Source: a virus
IMG/VR virus record: IMGVR_UViG_3300010354_000070
Span: 6,807 to 70,806 of that record
DNA: 64,000 nucleotides
Reading direction: 5' to 3' (one strand)
Under the pieces are notes generated by a model that saw nothing but the letters and a program-made list of their open reading frames with translations, was not told where the DNA came from and made no database searches. The position numbers and the translations under genes were made by a program. Position 1 is the first letter of the stretch. Every line of letters begins with the position of its first letter. Of this stretch, positions 9,493-17,420 are shown piece after piece.

Positions 9493-9954
9493 TTATAAAT
9501 TATTTTCCTTTTCTATCATTAGTTTTCCCCAAAGATGGTCTATTTCGTGTTGAAGTATTCTTGCTTCTAAATTTTGATAGGTATCAATTCTTGGTTTTCC
9601 ACTCAAATCACGATATTTAATTGTAATACTCTTATATCTTTTTACTGGAACAAAAGTTTCTGGTATGGATAAACATCCCTCATCACAAACTTCAGTAGTT
9701 TCCGAGTGTTTGATAATTTCTGGATTTATAAAACATTTTGGACTTTGATTTATAATGGCAACTACAATTTGCTTATTCACTCCAACTTGTGGTGCGGACA
9801 ATCCAACACCTTGATTAGAAATCATTGTATCGACCATAGACGAACAAAAAGTCCGAATTGTATCATCAATCTTAGCAATTCTTTTTGATTTTTTTTCAAG
9901 AACTTTATCACCGATTTTTCTGATAGTAAGCATAATTATTTCTTCCCCTATCAT
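9493..9954 (-). CDS. def: Peptide deformylase
   Basis: GVGLSAPQ, EGCLS and QHEIDHL motifs. Confidence 0.96.
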   Translation of the reverse strand: MIGEEIIMLTIRKIGDKVLEKKSKRIAKIDDTIRTFCSSMVDTMISNQGVGLSAPQVGVNKQIVVAIINQSPKCFINPEIIKHSETTEVCDEGCLSIPETFVPVKRYKSITIKYRDLSGKPRIDTYQNLEARILQHEIDHLWGKLMIEKENNL

Positions 9955-9973
9955 TTATTATTATTTAACAAAA

Positions 9974-10108
9974 CTAAAAAGCGTCTCGGTTGAGACGCTT
10001 TAGAAGTGCTTTTTTTCGAGCATTTGCTTGTCGCAATGCTTGAGGTTTAAGTTTTCGTTTTTGTTCTTTTTTGGAGTGATGAACCCAATTTGGGACTTGA
10101 GATGCCAC
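9974..10108 (-). CDS. Small basic protein (44 aa)
   Basis: GTG start with GGAG RBS and its own promoter and terminator; MASQVPNWVHHSKKEQKRKLKPQALRQANARKKALLKRLNRDAF. Confidence 0.65.
   Translation of the reverse strand: MASQVPNWVHHSKKEQKRKLKPQALRQANARKKALLKRLNRDAF
9976..10001 (-). terminator. Rho-independent terminator
   Basis: AAAGCGTCTC-AACC-GAGACGCTTT TT, a perfect 10-bp stem. Confidence 0.75.
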
Positions 10109-10130
10109 GAGATTTCTCCGTTTGTGTTTT

Positions 10131-10187
10131 ATTATAGCAGAAGAAAAATAAAACTGAAGAATGAGTGTGCCACTTTTAATACTGTCC
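10131..10187 (-). promoter_or_regulatory. Promoter with upstream palindrome
   Basis: GGACAGTA-N4-AAGTGGCACAC, with the palindrome about 32 nt upstream of TGnTATAAT (10131-10136). Confidence 0.7.
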
Positions 10188-11903
10188 TCAAACTTCAGCT
10201 TTATAAGAAAATCCGTTTTTCTTTTCAAATTTGATGGTGCAATCAAACTTATCTTGTAAATCAGGTTTATGAGAAATTACAAAAACATTCGCATCTTTAA
10301 TTATATAACGAATAATTTTCAGAAAATTATCAGTTCCAAATTCGTCAAGAGACCCATCAAAAACTTCATCAAATAAAATAATATTAGTATTTACTGAATT
10401 TTTAATTCTTGCTATCTCACGCCAAGCAAAAATAAGAGCAAGATTAATTTTTGCTTTCTCACCTTCACTAAAAGAACTATATGAAAAATCTTCATGTATT
10501 GGAGATTTTATAGTTTCATTAAATTCTTCATCCAGATGGAAATTGATATAAAAATCCATCATTTGTAGATAACGATTAACTTGTTGATTAATGAACGGAA
10601 GATATTTTTTAATAATTTTTGTTTTTACTCCGTCATCCTTAAGTAAGGAATGAGTGAAATCGTAATAAACGATTTGTTCTTTTATTTTTGATAGTTCTTC
10701 AAATGTTTTTTGGAGATTTTCCTGAAATTCTTTTAATTTGTCATTTTCAGTATTTCTGTTTTTAAGTTGCTTGGTAATAGTTTGAATTTCTTGTTCCAGG
10801 TCTCGTATTTGTCTTTGGTTGGATGAAACCTGAGTATTGTTTTTAGAAATTTCATTATTGAGTTTAGTTATCTCCTTTGATAGAACATTAAATTGACGCT
10901 CTCGTTCTTGTTCTGACTTTATAGTTTCTTCAAGTTCTTTAAATCCTTGTTGAAGTTCTCTTGCTTTATTTTGAGCGTCATTAATTCTATTTAATCTAAA
11001 CTCTTCTTCTATCGTTTGAGTGCAAGTAGGGCATACCGTATTTTTACTGAAAAATTGATGCTCTTTGGTGATTACAGATACTTTTTGAGAGATTTTACCC
11101 TTTAAATTGTTAAGCTTTACTAACTTATCACTAGCACCAATAACTTCTTCTTGTTCTTTCGTATATCCAAAAATTTGTTCCTCAATTTTAGAATTCTCAA
11201 GCATATAAATGCCAACTTCTTTGTCTAAGTTATCAATCTTTTTTTGATTAGCATTAATATTGGCATTACCACGATTTTCTAATTCTTCAATGAAACTTTT
11301 TTGCATCTCAATTTTTTCTTTTAGATTTACTTTAGAAATTTCTAAAGTTTTAATCTGTTCTTTTTGAGTTCTTATTTTATCTTTAATCAAAGAATTCATT
11401 ACAGAAAAAATACGAATATCTAAAAGGTCTTCAATGACTTCACGACGATGTGCCGCAGGCAATTGCATAAAGGGAACAAAAGTGCTTGAACCCATAATTA
11501 CGATTTGAGTAAAACTCCGAAAGTTTACCTTAAGAATATTCTCTTCTAATACTTTTTGATTTACACGGTCATCTGCTTCTTTGTGTAAAGGAGAACCATT
11601 TACTTCAATATCAAAAACATTAGGTTTAATGCCACGCCGCACAAGATAATTGCGACTATTAACTGAAAACTCAATTTCAACCAAGCACTCTTTTTCATTT
11701 ACACTATTGATTAATTGGTTTTTATTAATTTTGCGAAATGCCTTATTAAAAAGAACAAAACATAAAGCATCTAAAATTGTACTTTTTCCAGCTCCATTTG
11801 TACCAATTATAAGATTTGTATTATGTTTGCAAAAGTCAATTTCAATAAATTGGTTGCCACTACTCAAAAAGTTCTTATAACGAATTTTTTTAAAGATAAT
11901 CAT
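10188..11903 (-). CDS. gp46: Recombination endonuclease subunit, Rad50/SbcC-like
   Basis: GTNGAGKS, CPTC zinc hook, FSEGEK signature, LFDEVFD, VISH. Confidence 0.97.
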   Translation of the reverse strand: MIIFKKIRYKNFLSSGNQFIEIDFCKHNTNLIIGTNGAGKSTILDALCFVLFNKAFRKINKNQLINSVNEKECLVEIEFSVNSRNYLVRRGIKPNVFDIEVNGSPLHKEADDRVNQKVLEENILKVNFRSFTQIVIMGSSTFVPFMQLPAAHRREVIEDLLDIRIFSVMNSLIKDKIRTQKEQIKTLEISKVNLKEKIEMQKSFIEELENRGNANINANQKKIDNLDKEVGIYMLENSKIEEQIFGYTKEQEEVIGASDKLVKLNNLKGKISQKVSVITKEHQFFSKNTVCPTCTQTIEEEFRLNRINDAQNKARELQQGFKELEETIKSEQERERQFNVLSKEITKLNNEISKNNTQVSSNQRQIRDLEQEIQTITKQLKNRNTENDKLKEFQENLQKTFEELSKIKEQIVYYDFTHSLLKDDGVKTKIIKKYLPFINQQVNRYLQMMDFYINFHLDEEFNETIKSPIHEDFSYSSFSEGEKAKINLALIFAWREIARIKNSVNTNIILFDEVFDGSLDEFGTDNFLKIIRYIIKDANVFVISHKPDLQDKFDCTIKFEKKNGFSYKAEV

Positions 11904-12157
11904 TTTTTAGGAGGAATTACAATATCGTCAGGAGTAATCACAGCATAGTGATAATTATACATCTTACATGTGTTTATTGCAACATCATCATCAACTTCAA
12001 CAACATCCATTTCAGTTTCTTCTTGGTCCTCTAACATTAAAGCATAACGAACTGCATCGTCCTTATCTTCAAATAAAAACAAGACCTTACGCCCATATTG
12101 GTCTTGAACTGCATATGCACCATCGTCTTTTTTATCTTTAAGTGTGAGAAGAAACAT
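11900..12157 (-). CDS. Conserved hypothetical protein between gp47 and gp46
   Basis: MFLLTL...LFLFEDKDDAVRYA...ITPDDIVIPP; coupled to both neighbours. Confidence 0.7.
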   Translation of the reverse strand: MFLLTLKDKKDDGAYAVQDQYGRKVLFLFEDKDDAVRYALMLEDQEETEMDVVEVDDDVAINTCKMYNYHYAVITPDDIVIPPKK

Positions 12158-13194
12158 CACTCTACTTCGCAAGCTTGTGAATAAAGGTCTTGAAATATAT
12201 TTTTAATCTTCTGCTTATCAAATTGAAAATCAGATTCATCAATATACCGATAAAGAATTGAAATTGTATTCTCTTCTTCATCAATCACGAATTCTTCATT
12301 TTCTTGTATATCAAAGTTTTCAACAATTTTTAATTCTTGAACTCCAGCACTATAAAGTTTATCAACAAATTTTTCAAAATCTTTTGGTTTTGATTTTTTA
12401 CGAACAATCACTTTTACAATCTTATTTTGATACTCTGTTGTGTCAAATAACTGATAAGGAGTGTCTTCATAATAAACATTATGAAATAATTTATAAGGAT
12501 TATTTACTGGAGTATGTTCTAATGTTTCTGTATCAAAAATATGAAAACCACGAGTATCATTTACATCAGTCCAAAACATTTCATAAGGATTTCCCAAATA
12601 AAATACTTTTCCATTATTGGAACGAGTATGATAATGACCTGAAAATACTTTAGTAAATTTATCAAAAATCTTTGGATCCATTCCATGGTCTTCCATCAAA
12701 AGATTTTTATTCACACGAAATCCATTAAGTTCCAAATGCCCAAAAGCAACTTTCGCTTTTGACTTTTTAATTACTTTCAGTGTCTCATCATAATTTTCAG
12801 TGCAAATCCAAGGAACAAGAGTTATATCAATATCTCCAATTCTTGTGTTTGTAGGGGACCTATAAGTTTTGATATTTGGATAATCATTTAAGAGAAGAGA
12901 CGGTGAATTGATTTCAGTTGAATTGCGAAGGAAAATGTCATGATTTCCCACAATCATATGAACTTCATATTTTGATAGTGGGTCAAGAACTACTCTTCTC
13001 GTCCAATCAAGTCCCCCAAAATCAATACTTTTACGATTGTCAAATGCATCCCCCATATGAATGACTGTAGTAACTCCTTCTTTTTCTAAAGTTGGAAAAA
13101 ATACATTATTATAAAATAATTCAAAATAGTCGTGCATATGCCGAGAGGCTCTTTTAAACGACCAGTGTGTATCTGTTAAAATAGCTACACGCAT
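12157..13194 (-). CDS. gp47: Recombination endonuclease subunit, Mre11/SbcD-like
   Basis: TDTH, GDAFD, GNHD, GHLE and SGHYH metallophosphoesterase motifs. Confidence 0.97.
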   Translation of the reverse strand: MRVAILTDTHWSFKRASRHMHDYFELFYNNVFFPTLEKEGVTTVIHMGDAFDNRKSIDFGGLDWTRRVVLDPLSKYEVHMIVGNHDIFLRNSTEINSPSLLLNDYPNIKTYRSPTNTRIGDIDITLVPWICTENYDETLKVIKKSKAKVAFGHLELNGFRVNKNLLMEDHGMDPKIFDKFTKVFSGHYHTRSNNGKVFYLGNPYEMFWTDVNDTRGFHIFDTETLEHTPVNNPYKLFHNVYYEDTPYQLFDTTEYQNKIVKVIVRKKSKPKDFEKFVDKLYSAGVQELKIVENFDIQENEEFVIDEEENTISILYRYIDESDFQFDKQKIKNIFQDLYSQACEVE

Positions 13195-13715
13195 TACCTA
13201 CTTCCGCTCCTATAAGAAATGTTGTCTTTGATTGAGTTGTAATCGCTATTATGCCCTGAAAGAAGCGTATCGTCAACCACCATGACTTCATCAAAACCAG
13301 TTCTTTCAATGATTTTAGTTTTAATTTCTAACTGTTTTTTTTCTCTTTGTATTCTTCGGAGAAAAGCATAATGAATAATTTGAGTAAAATAGGCAAATGG
13401 ATTGCTTGATTTTTCTGGGTCAAAATTATGAATATATTGAATTGAATTTTCTATTCCATCTGAAATCATATCTTCACGAAACATATAATTCACAAAGTTT
13501 GGTTTATATGATAAGTGAGTAGCAATTTTAAGAAAACATTCTCCTAAGTAATCAGGTATTCGTGGTTTTCCATCCCAATTACCACCCTTTGGAGGGTTTT
13601 TCCCATACTTTTCAAAATATTTTTTCTCAGCAACAGAAATTCTAGCACGATAATTAATAAGTGCTTCAAGTAATTCTTTGTTATTTACATAATGCTCTGC
13701 TTTTTTCTTTGGCAT
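13194..13715 (-). CDS. gp55: Late-transcription sigma factor
   Basis: HYVNNKEL...IATHLSYKPNFVNYMFREDMISDG...NPFAYFTQIIHYAFLRRI. Confidence 0.96.
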   Translation of the reverse strand: MPKKKAEHYVNNKELLEALINYRARISVAEKKYFEKYGKNPPKGGNWDGKPRIPDYLGECFLKIATHLSYKPNFVNYMFREDMISDGIENSIQYIHNFDPEKSSNPFAYFTQIIHYAFLRRIQREKKQLEIKTKIIERTGFDEVMVVDDTLLSGHNSDYNSIKDNISYRSGSR

Positions 13716-13748
13716 CTTACATTGTTATTTTTTCTATCAGATATACTT

Positions 13749-13778
13749 ATTATAACACATTAAAGAAAGTATTGACAA
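13749..13778 (-). promoter_or_regulatory. sigma70-type promoter for gp55
   Basis: TTGTCA-N18-TATAAT with an extended TGn. Confidence 0.6.
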
Positions 13779-13800
13779 TATTTGAATATATGAGTAGGAT
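13772..13800 (+). promoter_or_regulatory. Divergent plus-strand sigma70-type promoter with no ORF downstream
   Basis: TTGACA (13772-13777)-N17-TAGGAT (13795-13800). Confidence 0.6.
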
Positions 13801-13858
13801 ACCTTTGTTGGGTTTGGAGATAGGGTATAGCTAAGCTTTAAATAATACTTAAAGTAAC

Positions 13859-14332
13859 CTATTGAGACTTATAAAGGTCCTCAAGTTTTTTACGAGCATC
13901 TTTAACAGAAGAAATATAACCCATCTTAGAAGAAGGTTTTACTTTACCAGAGACAGAAGAACTAATAGCATCTATAATATCTTCATCATTACCACAAATA
14001 TAATTTTCATATATTGCTATAAGTTTATCATCTTTAGTTTCTGTCATTGTTATAATTTTATCCATACGAATAATAAAAATATCATCATTTGAAGTTTCAA
14101 TCCAAGATTTTGCTTTTACAAACATACCTCTTTGATTGGTAATTATTTTCATTACTATTGGATTTTGGAGAATAACAATTGGGTCTCCATCATTTTCATC
14201 TGTCATAGATACAGCAAATATTTCTTCACCAGATACTAGTTTAATGACAGCATAGAACTCTTCACTAACAGGACTTTGTTTTTTAATTTCTTTTCGTTTT
14301 CTTTTAAAAATATTCTTAAGTAGTTTAATCAT
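13859..14332 (-). CDS. Conserved hypothetical protein between uvsW and gp55
   Basis: EEFYAVIKLVSGEEIFA...NPI...MGYISSVKDARKKLEDLY. Confidence 0.75.
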   Translation of the reverse strand: MIKLLKNIFKRKRKEIKKQSPVSEEFYAVIKLVSGEEIFAVSMTDENDGDPIVILQNPIVMKIITNQRGMFVKAKSWIETSNDDIFIIRMDKIITMTETKDDKLIAIYENYICGNDEDIIDAISSSVSGKVKPSSKMGYISSVKDARKKLEDLYKSQ

Positions 14333-15221
14333 TTTTGATTGGTATATTTACTATATCGTAGTTAAAGTTTTCTTCATTATAAATTTTAATTCTTTCAATT
14401 AAGTGATTTAAGGTATAATTTTTTCTTGACTTGTAACTAATATCATCAGCAATGTCATATAATGTTGCTTTTGTTTTCTGATTACTTTTTCTTAGAACTC
14501 TTCCTATTGATTGTAAATTACGAACTCTAGATTTTGAAGGTGAAGCAAAAATAACATTATGTAAATTTTTAATATTAATGCCAGTGCTAAAAGTTCCATA
14601 AGACGCAACAATAATTGCGTCATTTTCTTTTTCTGTAATTTCTCTTACTTTTTCTCTATCATCAACATCCACTCCACCATGAATAAAGAATATTTTACGG
14701 TTCATAATATTATTACTTTTATTTATTAACTCATATAAAGGCTCTCCGTGTGTTTCTACACGATTAAAAAGAACTAGAGTGTTTCCTTTTAAATCTAAAC
14801 AAAGATTTTTTATGAAATTATTTCTTTTAGAATGATTAATCAAATATTGAATTTCATCCTCATATGTTTCAAATCTATTTGGTTGATGTTTGAGTAATAA
14901 AACTTTAATATCAAGAGTAGCAAGATGACCTTTTTTCATAAGTTCATCTGTGTTAATAATTTTATATGATGGTCCAAATAATCCTTCTAAAACCCATTTA
15001 TGAGTTTGGGACCCATCAAGAGTTCCAGTAAATCCAAATCTATATTTTGCATTATCACATTTAGTCATTATAGATACTAAGGATTTACTTTTAAAAATGT
15101 GACATTCATCACCAACTATCACATTAAATCTGGAAAAGTATTGCTTGGGGAGTTTGTAAATGGACTGCCAAGTGCTGCAAATTACATTTGGTATTTGGTG
15201 TTGTATTTTTCTAATTTTCAT
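14325..15221 (-). CDS. uvsW: UvsW helicase, C-terminal fragment of a split gene
   Basis: STWQSIYK, GDECH (motif II), FGFTGT (III), SYGTFSTGINI (V), QSIGRVLR (VI); no Walker A. Confidence 0.92.
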   Translation of the reverse strand: MKIRKIQHQIPNVICSTWQSIYKLPKQYFSRFNVIVGDECHIFKSKSLVSIMTKCDNAKYRFGFTGTLDGSQTHKWVLEGLFGPSYKIINTDELMKKGHLATLDIKVLLLKHQPNRFETYEDEIQYLINHSKRNNFIKNLCLDLKGNTLVLFNRVETHGEPLYELINKSNNIMNRKIFFIHGGVDVDDREKVREITEKENDAIIVASYGTFSTGINIKNLHNVIFASPSKSRVRNLQSIGRVLRKSNQKTKATLYDIADDISYKSRKNYTLNHLIERIKIYNEENFNYDIVNIPIKND

Positions 15222-15930
15222 TTTTAATTTTTTTAATAATTGTATTTGATAATGGTCCTCTTTTTGGAATTTTCCCAGAAAGAATGTAATTGAATGTAGA
15301 TAAAGAACAATTAAGTACTTGGTCGCAAATTTGTTTTGTAGTCAAATCATTATCAATTGAAATCCAAGTATTACCAAAATCTAAACTATATTCGTACCTA
15401 TACTTTTTACACAAATAATGATTTTTCCCACTTGTTTTTTCAACTTTTTTCTTAACAATGTTTTTATCTAGCATTGGATTATTTGTTACAAAAATATTTG
15501 TTCCATTTTTTTCTCTATTTGATATGGTTTTTTCATGAATTGATTTATTTTTAAATGGGGAGTTTATTTTTGACCATTCTTTCAGTTCTTTAATTCTTTT
15601 TTCTTGTAAAATTTGATATAATCTACTATTATAGTTAAAATTTGTTTTTATTGTTTTCATACTCATAGCATTAATAGCACAAAGCATTTTATAATAATCT
15701 TGATTTTTGGTGAATTTTGTTAAACATAAATGACATATATAATGTTCTTTTGGCGTTAATTTTATAATATTTTCTTTTTCGTCACTTCCACCCATTGATC
15801 TTGGTATTATATGGTGATTTTCTCCTTCAGAAATTGGCGAATTAATTCTATTGATTATTATATTTTTATACCAATTTAAATATTTGTTATTTTTTAATGG
15901 TTGATAACCATCTATCGTCAATTTCATCAT
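15211..15930 (-). mobile_element. Free-standing HNH homing endonuclease (MobE-like) inserted in uvsW
   Basis: ENHHIIPRSMGGSDEKENIIKLTPKEHYICHLCL HNH motif; basic C-terminal DNA-binding segments; overlaps both uvsW halves. Confidence 0.9.
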
Positions 15931-16639
15931 CTTCGTTCAATTCTCTTGCTAATTTTTTCTTGTTATTTATGAGATTTATAGTTTGATTGCCATCAAACTT
16001 ATATTGATTGCCATCAACAGTAGTTACATAAACCGATATCGGTTCTCTTTCCTTTCCACCATAAATTTTGTGGCAATATGAACCAACATCCCAACCATAA
16101 TCTAGAAAATCTTTATAAATTTGCTCTACGAGGGATGTCGTTGGCACAATTACGAGAATATTTTGTGACTTCTCAACGTAATACCTCACAATTCCATAAA
16201 TCATCAGAGATTTACCCGAAGCAGTTGGAGATATTAATAATTTTCTATTATGTCTTAGAGCGTCGTATACTCCCTCAACTTGATATTCACGGGGAGTATG
16301 AGAACAAATAGAATTTAAATAATCCCTTACACCTTCTTTTGAGATATGTTCGTTAACTTCAAAAGGAAGACCATAATACTTATTATCACGAAACTCATAA
16401 GTATAATCGTGATTTTTGCAAAAACTTATAACTTTATCTAAAAGACCGATATAAATTTCTTTTGTATTTACATTAAATAAGTAAATTACTCCATCCCACC
16501 ATTTGTTCTTATAGGCAGGAGAGAATTTAGCGTTTGGAACTTCAAATTGAAAAGCATCTCTTAACTCATAATAGATATGAGGTTCTGTTTCAATTTGCAA
16601 ATATACTTCATTCTTTTTTGATATAATCAAATGGGACAT
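15887..16639 (-). CDS. uvsW: UvsW helicase, N-terminal fragment of a split gene, with an approximately 51-aa foreign C-terminal tail
   Basis: WDGVIYLF, PREYQ (Q motif), SPTASGKS (Walker A), IVPTTSLVEQ. Helicase homology ends at HKIYGGKERE. Confidence 0.92.
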   Translation of the reverse strand: MSHLIISKKNEVYLQIETEPHIYYELRDAFQFEVPNAKFSPAYKNKWWDGVIYLFNVNTKEIYIGLLDKVISFCKNHDYTYEFRDNKYYGLPFEVNEHISKEGVRDYLNSICSHTPREYQVEGVYDALRHNRKLLISPTASGKSLMIYGIVRYYVEKSQNILVIVPTTSLVEQIYKDFLDYGWDVGSYCHKIYGGKEREPISVYVTTVDGNQYKFDGNQTINLINNKKKLARELNEDDEIDDRWLSTIKK

Positions 16640-16695
16640 TCATAAAATATCAGTTATGAATATTTATTTGTAATAAAAAAACTTGTTTTTAATAA

Positions 16696-16935
16696 TTAAA
16701 CACCAGGAATAACTCGATTAAGACGTGAATTTGGATGATCATGCAATCTTTGTGCAATTATAGCGGGAATACCCGAATTCGATCCTAATGGGACTATAGG
16801 TTTAATAGGTCCAGCAGAACCACCCGCTCCTGGTTTTAAAGAGCGATTAAAAAATGGTAATGGATTATTTTTGTTTTTTGTAGGTGGATTAGTTTGCTCC
16901 ATACAACTATCTAAAAACTGATTAAAGGTCTTCAT
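16696..16935 (-). CDS. Small late protein with a capsid-targeting-like N-terminus
   Basis: MKTFNQFL resembles the T4 internal-protein targeting sequence; CTAAATA at 16962-16968. Confidence 0.65.
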   Translation of the reverse strand: MKTFNQFLDSCMEQTNPPTKNKNNPLPFFNRSLKPGAGGSAGPIKPIVPLGSNSGIPAIIAQRLHDHPNSRLNRVIPGV

Positions 16936-16964
16936 TTCTACTTAAAAAACTTTAATATTAATAT

Positions 16965-17396
16965 TTAGTTATACCCAGCCGTGAATTTCATAAACTCAAT
17001 GCTATTTTTAATTTGATACGATCTATTTGATATGACTTTAATTATGTCTTCTAAAAACTTAAGCATCACATCATAATATTTGATTTTCATCTCCATTCTA
17101 GAAATCCTCTCATCAGCGTCCATATGCCTCTGTAATGCCTCTTTGTCTCTTACTTTATAAGGGAATGGTTCTTCAGCATAAACCTCTACAGGTGCCTTTC
17201 CAGTGTAGTAATTGTAGCGTTCTAATCTGACCTTATTGTAAGTATCTAATGCTTTTTCTTTTAGTAAAGTGATGGTATTATAAATCGTATAATACTTAGA
17301 ATGAAGTTGTGAAATTTTTAAAGATTCCTCATGCAAATTGTCTGGATCAATAATGCAATCTTTTTCCCACATTTCTTGTATTTTTTCCAAATCCAT
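16965..17396 (-). CDS. uvsY: Recombination mediator UvsY
   Basis: MDLEKIQEMWEKD...LHSKY...YYTGKA...NRSYQIKNSIEFMKF. Confidence 0.93.
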   Translation of the reverse strand: MDLEKIQEMWEKDCIIDPDNLHEESLKISQLHSKYYTIYNTITLLKEKALDTYNKVRLERYNYYTGKAPVEVYAEEPFPYKVRDKEALQRHMDADERISRMEMKIKYYDVMLKFLEDIIKVISNRSYQIKNSIEFMKFTAGYN

Positions 17397-17420
17397 AATA
17401 AATTAATTCAACTACTTTAA

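Noticed and set aside
9974-10246. 90-aa ORF as called in the track
   Set aside because: Its 5' part overlaps gp46 and spans a promoter; the GTG at 10108 with a GGAG RBS is the better start.
15180-16045. Group I intron interrupting uvsW
   Set aside because: The whole interval is covered by overlapping ORFs, is very AT-rich, and shows no recognisable P3/P7 core or paired elements. This was judged by eye and not formally excluded without a covariance-model scan.
15180-16045. Functional canonical split intein in UvsW
   Set aside because: No block A Cys/Ser start segment, no TxxH, no block F, and no terminal Asn/Gln followed by Cys/Ser/Thr.
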